A stretch of DNA of 64,000 bases, from assembly GCA_963826415.1 (NCBI GenBank), contig CAWGWW010000011.1, positions 88,691-152,690 of the forward strand, given 5' to 3'. This document shows, piece after piece, positions 60,042-64,000 of this stretch. Position numbers and translations under genes: made by a program. The notes under the pieces were generated by a model. That model was not told the origin of the DNA. It saw only the letters and a program-made list of their open reading frames with translations, and searched no databases. The DNA is from an uncultured Actinomycetota bacterium. GTDB taxonomy: Bacteria > Actinomycetota > Actinomycetes > Propionibacteriales > Nocardioidaceae. Numbering within the stretch: position 1 is the first letter of the stretch; each line of letters starts with the position of its first letter.

Positions 60042-60424
60042 GACTCCATCACGTGCAGGTGGCCTGCCCGGCCGGTGCGGAGGAGGGGGCGCGGCGCTTC
60101 TACGTGACCGGCCTCGGGATGACCGAGGTCGACAAGCCGCCCGCGCTCGCCGGCCGAGGTGGCGCCTGGTTCCGGGCGTACGACGACGGGGGCCGCGTCG
60201 CCGCCGAGATCCACGTGGGCGTCGAGGAGCCGTTCGCTCCGGCGCGCAAGGCCCACCCGGCGCTGGTCGTGGCCGACGTCGAGGAGCTCGAGGCGGTGGC
60301 AGTGCGGCTGCAGGACGGCGGCTTCGAGGTGGACTGGAGTCAGCGGCTGAGCTTCCCGGGCTTCCAGCGGCTGCACACCCACGACGCCGCGGGCAACCGG
60401 GTCGAGCTCCTCGCGCCCGCCTGA
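60038..60424 (+). CDS. VOC/glyoxalase protein
   Basis: LHHVQV, ARKAHPA, DAAGNRVE; ATGA overlap with tam. Confidence 0.85.
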   Translation: MRLHHVQVACPAGAEEGARRFYVTGLGMTEVDKPPALAGRGGAWFRAYDDGGRVAAEIHVGVEEPFAPARKAHPALVVADVEELEAVAVRLQDGGFEVDWSQRLSFPGFQRLHTHDAAGNRVELLAPA

Positions 60425-60506
60425 TCGTCCGGGGCCGACCCCGGTCGCGCGTGGGCTGCCTCACAGCAGGGGGCCAGTCATGGTTACCGACCGGTAGCCT
60501 ACGGCC

Positions 60507-60971
60507 ATGAGCCAGGTCCAGACACTGTGGAACAAGACCAGTCCGCTGCCCGCCGGCAAGCGCCTCTTCTCGCTGCTGTTCGCGCAGAAGGCGCCGTACT
60601 TCGCCACGATCCGGCCGCGGTTCGTCGAGATCCGGCCGAACTACGCCGAGCTGCTGATCCCGAAGCGGCGTGGCGTGCACAACCACCTCAAGACCGTGCA
60701 CGCGATCGCGCTCTGCAACGGGCTCGAGGCGGCCATGGGTGCGCTGGCCGAGGTGAGCATCCCGAGCGACAGGCGCTGGATCCCCAAGGGGATGGAGATC
60801 AGCTACACCGCGAAGGCCACCAGCGACATCACCTGCATCGCCGAGACCGACCCCGAGCAGTGGACCGGCGACGACCCCGACCTGCACGTGCGGGTCAAGG
60901 GCGTCCGCGACGACGGCACCGTCGTGATCGAAGGCGTGATCAAGCTGTGGGTCACGGCCAGGCCGACCTGA
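60507..60971 (+). CDS. Hotdog-fold (DUF4442/PaaI-like) protein
   Basis: KAPYFATI, NHLKTVHAIALCN, WIPKGM. Confidence 0.82.
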   Translation: MSQVQTLWNKTSPLPAGKRLFSLLFAQKAPYFATIRPRFVEIRPNYAELLIPKRRGVHNHLKTVHAIALCNGLEAAMGALAEVSIPSDRRWIPKGMEISYTAKATSDITCIAETDPEQWTGDDPDLHVRVKGVRDDGTVVIEGVIKLWVTARPT

Positions 60972-60995
60972 CCCGACCGCGTGGATGATGGTGCC

Positions 60996-61785
60996 GTGAC
61001 CGAGATCCTGCCGTTGCCCGCGCCGCCGCGCCGCGAGCCGGAGGTGGAGGACGACTTCTCGGGCGGTCTGCGCGCCTGATCTGTGGGTGGACCACTACCT
61101 CCCGCACTGGACGACCCCGGACCGCTCCGCCGCACGGTACGACCTCACCGCGGAGGGTCTGCGCCTGCGCATCGAGGCGGATCAGCTCGACTGGAGAGCC
61201 GAGGACGCGCCGATGCGCGTGTCGAACCTCCAGACCGGGACCTTCTCCGGGGGACTCGGCTCACCCAGGGGAACGCACCGTCATCGCCGGGACGGGCTCC
61301 TGGTGCGTACGGCGACCCCGACCCGGCTCCTGTGGGCCCCTGCGGCGGGACGCATCGACGTCACCGTCAGTGCGACGCGCGATCCGGGCTGCATGCTGGC
61401 CGCCTGGCTGGTCGGCACCGAGCACCAGGACGAGGCCGCCGCCGGTGAGGTCTGCGTGTTCGAGATCGATGCCGCTGCCATCGGCGCCACGACCACGGCG
61501 CGCGCCGGGCTGAAGGCCCATGGTGACCCACGGCTGACCACGGACATGGCTGAGGTGGATCTTCCCTTCGACGCCACCCGGCCGCACACCTGGACTGCGA
61601 TCTGGGGCACGGGCGAGACCCTCATCGGCTGCGAGGGGGTGCTGCTGCGGCGTATCCCGCAGGCGCCCGACTACCCGCTCTTCCTCATGCTCGACCTCTT
61701 CGAGATCGGTCCACCCAACGGCTCGTACCCCAAGACCGCGACCCTGCACCGCTTGCGCGGATGGCAGGACGACCACGCGGGCTGA
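60996..61785 (+). CDS. Hypothetical ConA/GH16-like protein (frameshift near 61075)
   Basis: EDDFSG in the upstream frame joins DLWVDHYLPHW; GEVCVFEI, HTWTAIW, YPLFLMLD. Confidence 0.55.
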
Positions 61786-61813
61786 CGGGACGTCCAGGTG
61801 ACGGCGCGGAAGC

Positions 61814-62197
61814 TCAGGCGTTCTCCCAGAGTCCGATCACGTTGCCCTCGGTGTCGGTGAAGTAGCCGGTGAAGCCCATGTCGCCGACCGGCGTCTTCTC
61901 GGTCACGGTCTTCCCGCCGGCGGCCTCGACCTTGCGCAGCGCTTCGTCGACGCTCGGCACGTCGATGACGAGATTCGGCCCTGTGCTCGGGAACTCCGCG
62001 CTGCGCGCGAACATCCCACCGTTGATGAAGCCGGGCTCGGTCGGGCCCTGCTCGGTGTCGGTCGGGCCGGTCATCACCATCGTGTAGTCCATGCCCGGCA
62101 TGGGCACCAGCTGCCAGCCGAACGTCTCGCCGTAGAACCCCCGGGCCCGGTCGCCGTCGTCGAACGGGATCTCGAAGTGCACAACCTTGCCAGACAT
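61814..62197 (-). CDS. VOC family protein
   Basis: VVHFEIP, FYGETFGW, INGG, DTEGNVIGLW. Confidence 0.9.
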   Translation of the reverse strand: MSGKVVHFEIPFDDGDRARGFYGETFGWQLVPMPGMDYTMVMTGPTDTEQGPTEPGFINGGMFARSAEFPSTGPNLVIDVPSVDEALRKVEAAGGKTVTEKTPVGDMGFTGYFTDTEGNVIGLWENA

Positions 62198-62382
62198 GTT
62201 GCCTCCTCGGAATGGTGTCGATCTTCCAGTGAACTGCGGTGCTCACACCCAGGTCAACGGATGCGGCGCCCACGGCGCACAGGTCCAGCCACGCGAAGCC
62301 GAGCCGGCCCGGCACCGTGCTGTCGGTCCAGAGCTGACCATTCAGACGGAAATCGTCCGGAATCGGCTCTACAGTGCCGGGC

Positions 62383-63561
62383 ATGACAGAGATCCGAACG
62401 GATTGGCGGGTGCTCGACGGCGTCGCGACAGCGTGGTTCGACGCGCGTTCGCTGATCGAGGGGGCTGCCCTGGCCGGGCGCATCGTGGAGCTGTCGGCCG
62501 GGATCGCGGTCGACCTGCGCGCGACAGGTGTGCGGGTGCGCCTGGAGTCAGACGGGCACGCCGAGGCGGTCTCTGCTGCCGCCCGGGAGCTCGGGCTGGC
62601 CGCGGACCCTGCCGTCCTGCAGGACCTGAGCGTCGTGTTCGAGTCCGCGAACCCGCCCGAGCTGAAGCGCTTCTGGCAGCGCGCGTTCGACTACGCGTCG
62701 GGCGTGGACGGCGGCTTGGCGGACCCGTTGCGGCGTGACCCCGCGATACGGATCCGGCAGTCGACCGAGCATCGGCCGTTGCGACACCGCATCCACCTCG
62801 ACGTGGTGCGGCCGGCCGCCGCGGTCGAGCAGTCGGGTCTGGGTGAGGCCTCGGGGCCGTACGGGGTCTGCCACGCCGACCCCGACGGCAACGAGGTCGA
62901 CCTGGTGCCGGGCGGGCCGCTCGGCGAGAGGAACGGAACAGCCGACTGGCAGGCGGTGTTCAGCGCGATGGCGTGCTACCGCACCACCTCGCCGACGCAA
63001 CAGCGTGACCTGGCCACCGCAGCCGCGGCGCTGGCCGACGGCACCGGCTTCCCTCTTGTGGTCGATCTGCGCCCCGGACTCGTGATCATCGACAGCGGCA
63101 AGGACCAGTGGGACGAAGACGCCCACGGCCTCGAGCTCGACTTCACCGACCTCGCCGAAAACATCCAGACAGCTGCCCGCCATCTCGGGGCCACTGCGGA
63201 TCCGAGGCTGCCGCGCTTCACTCAGCTCTTCCTCGACGCTGCCGACGTCGCCTCGGTCAGAGCGTTCTGGGTCGCCGCACTCGGGTACACCCAGGACCGG
63301 CGGGCCGGGGTCAGCGACATCCACGATCCGCGGCGGTTGAACCCGGTGCTGGTGTTCCAAGAGCTCGACGGCTCGGAGACGGGGCGGCGCCGGCAGCGCA
63401 ACCGCATCCACGTCGAGCTCGCTGTGCCGCCGGACCTCGCGCAGACGCGGCTCGCCGCCGTCGTCGCAGCCGGTGGCCGGCTCCTCGACGGGTCGGAGGA
63501 TCGTTGGCGGGTCGCCGACCCGGAAGGCAACGAGATGGTGATCGTCAGTGGGATGCCTTGA
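62383..63561 (+). CDS. Multi-domain VOC/glyoxalase-like protein
   Basis: RIHLDV..DPDGNEVD and RNRIHVEL..DPEGNE repeated domains. Confidence 0.75.
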   Translation: MTEIRTDWRVLDGVATAWFDARSLIEGAALAGRIVELSAGIAVDLRATGVRVRLESDGHAEAVSAAARELGLAADPAVLQDLSVVFESANPPELKRFWQRAFDYASGVDGGLADPLRRDPAIRIRQSTEHRPLRHRIHLDVVRPAAAVEQSGLGEASGPYGVCHADPDGNEVDLVPGGPLGERNGTADWQAVFSAMACYRTTSPTQQRDLATAAAALADGTGFPLVVDLRPGLVIIDSGKDQWDEDAHGLELDFTDLAENIQTAARHLGATADPRLPRFTQLFLDAADVASVRAFWVAALGYTQDRRAGVSDIHDPRRLNPVLVFQELDGSETGRRRQRNRIHVELAVPPDLAQTRLAAVVAAGGRLLDGSEDRWRVADPEGNEMVIVSGMP

Positions 63562-64000
63562 GTGACCCGCCGGACCTCGGTCCCGTGCCGCAGCGCATCA
63601 CCGTCGAGGCGGAGCAGGTCCGTCGTCTCGTCGCGGAGCAGTTCCCCCAGTGGGCCGACCTGCCAGTCGAGCCCGTGGCCAAAGGTGGTTGGGACAACTG
63701 GACCTTCCACCTCGGCACCGAGATGGTGGTGCGCCTCCCCAGCGCCTCCGAGTACGCCCAGGCAGTCGAGAAGGAGCGCCGATGGCTGCCGACGCTCGCT
63801 CCTCAGCTCCCGCTGCCGATCCCGGTCCCGCTGGCCATGGGCAGGCCGAGTGCGGACTACCCGCACCGGTGGTCGATCTACCAGTGGCTCGACGGCGTGA
63901 CCGCGATCGAAGCCCGCGTCACCGATCCGACCCGGTTCGCCGTCGACCTGGCCGGGTTCCTGGCAGCCTTGCAGAGCGTCGACGCTGCCGGCGGTCCCCA
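63558..64000 (+). CDS. Aminoglycoside phosphotransferase-family protein (truncated at window end)
   Basis: QFPQWADLP..GWDNWTFHLG..RLPS..VEKE..WL; not in the ORF track because it lacks a stop. Confidence 0.82.
   Translation, partial: MSDPPDLGPVPQRITVEAEQVRRLVAEQFPQWADLPVEPVAKGGWDNWTFHLGTEMVVRLPSASEYAQAVEKERRWLPTLAPQLPLPIPVPLAMGRPSADYPHRWSIYQWLDGVTAIEARVTDPTRFAVDLAGFLAALQSVDAAGGP

Noticed and set aside
63558-64000. Antibiotic resistance gene claim for APH-like proteins
   Set aside because: Only the general kinase fold is evident; such paralogs are common and substrate cannot be inferred

Overview
High-GC actinobacterial chromosomal segment; gene style suggests a Nocardioides-like organism (inference, not searched). 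The left ~30 kb is accessory and metabolic: a form II CO-dehydrogenase-like coxS-L-M-G operon, DUF2207-lemA, a heme-oxygenase-like diiron (HDO) enzyme with a CDGSH protein and a methyltransferase, a GcvT-family oxidoreductase, a DUF222-HNH nuclease beside a 32-bp tandem array, alkB, an ABC exporter, a two-component system, cutC, tRNA-Arg and glycan/cell-surface genes. The right part follows the conserved actinobacterial backbone mscL-SAF-fmdB-5-FCL-(UGPase)-moeA-moaC-moaB-rimJ-glpR/sepX-tRNA-Ala...pmt-rsmI-tatD-rpfB-rsmA-ispE-ABC-F-tamR/tam. Regulatory sites readable in the sequence include LexA, CIRCE, TamR and CRP-like boxes and SigF/SigB-type, ECF41 and PafBC-type promoters. Best leads: (1) an HDO-CDGSH-methyltransferase module whose two convergent units share a SigF-type leaderless promoter; (2) intergenic repeats with ~31-32-nt period and a shared CGACCCGNCG core; (3) an 88-nt hairpin present twice with compensatory base changes. 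Frameshifts in several unrelated genes suggest assembly indels. No CRISPR-cas, integrase or prophage was seen. All calls come from reading motifs; nothing was database-verified.
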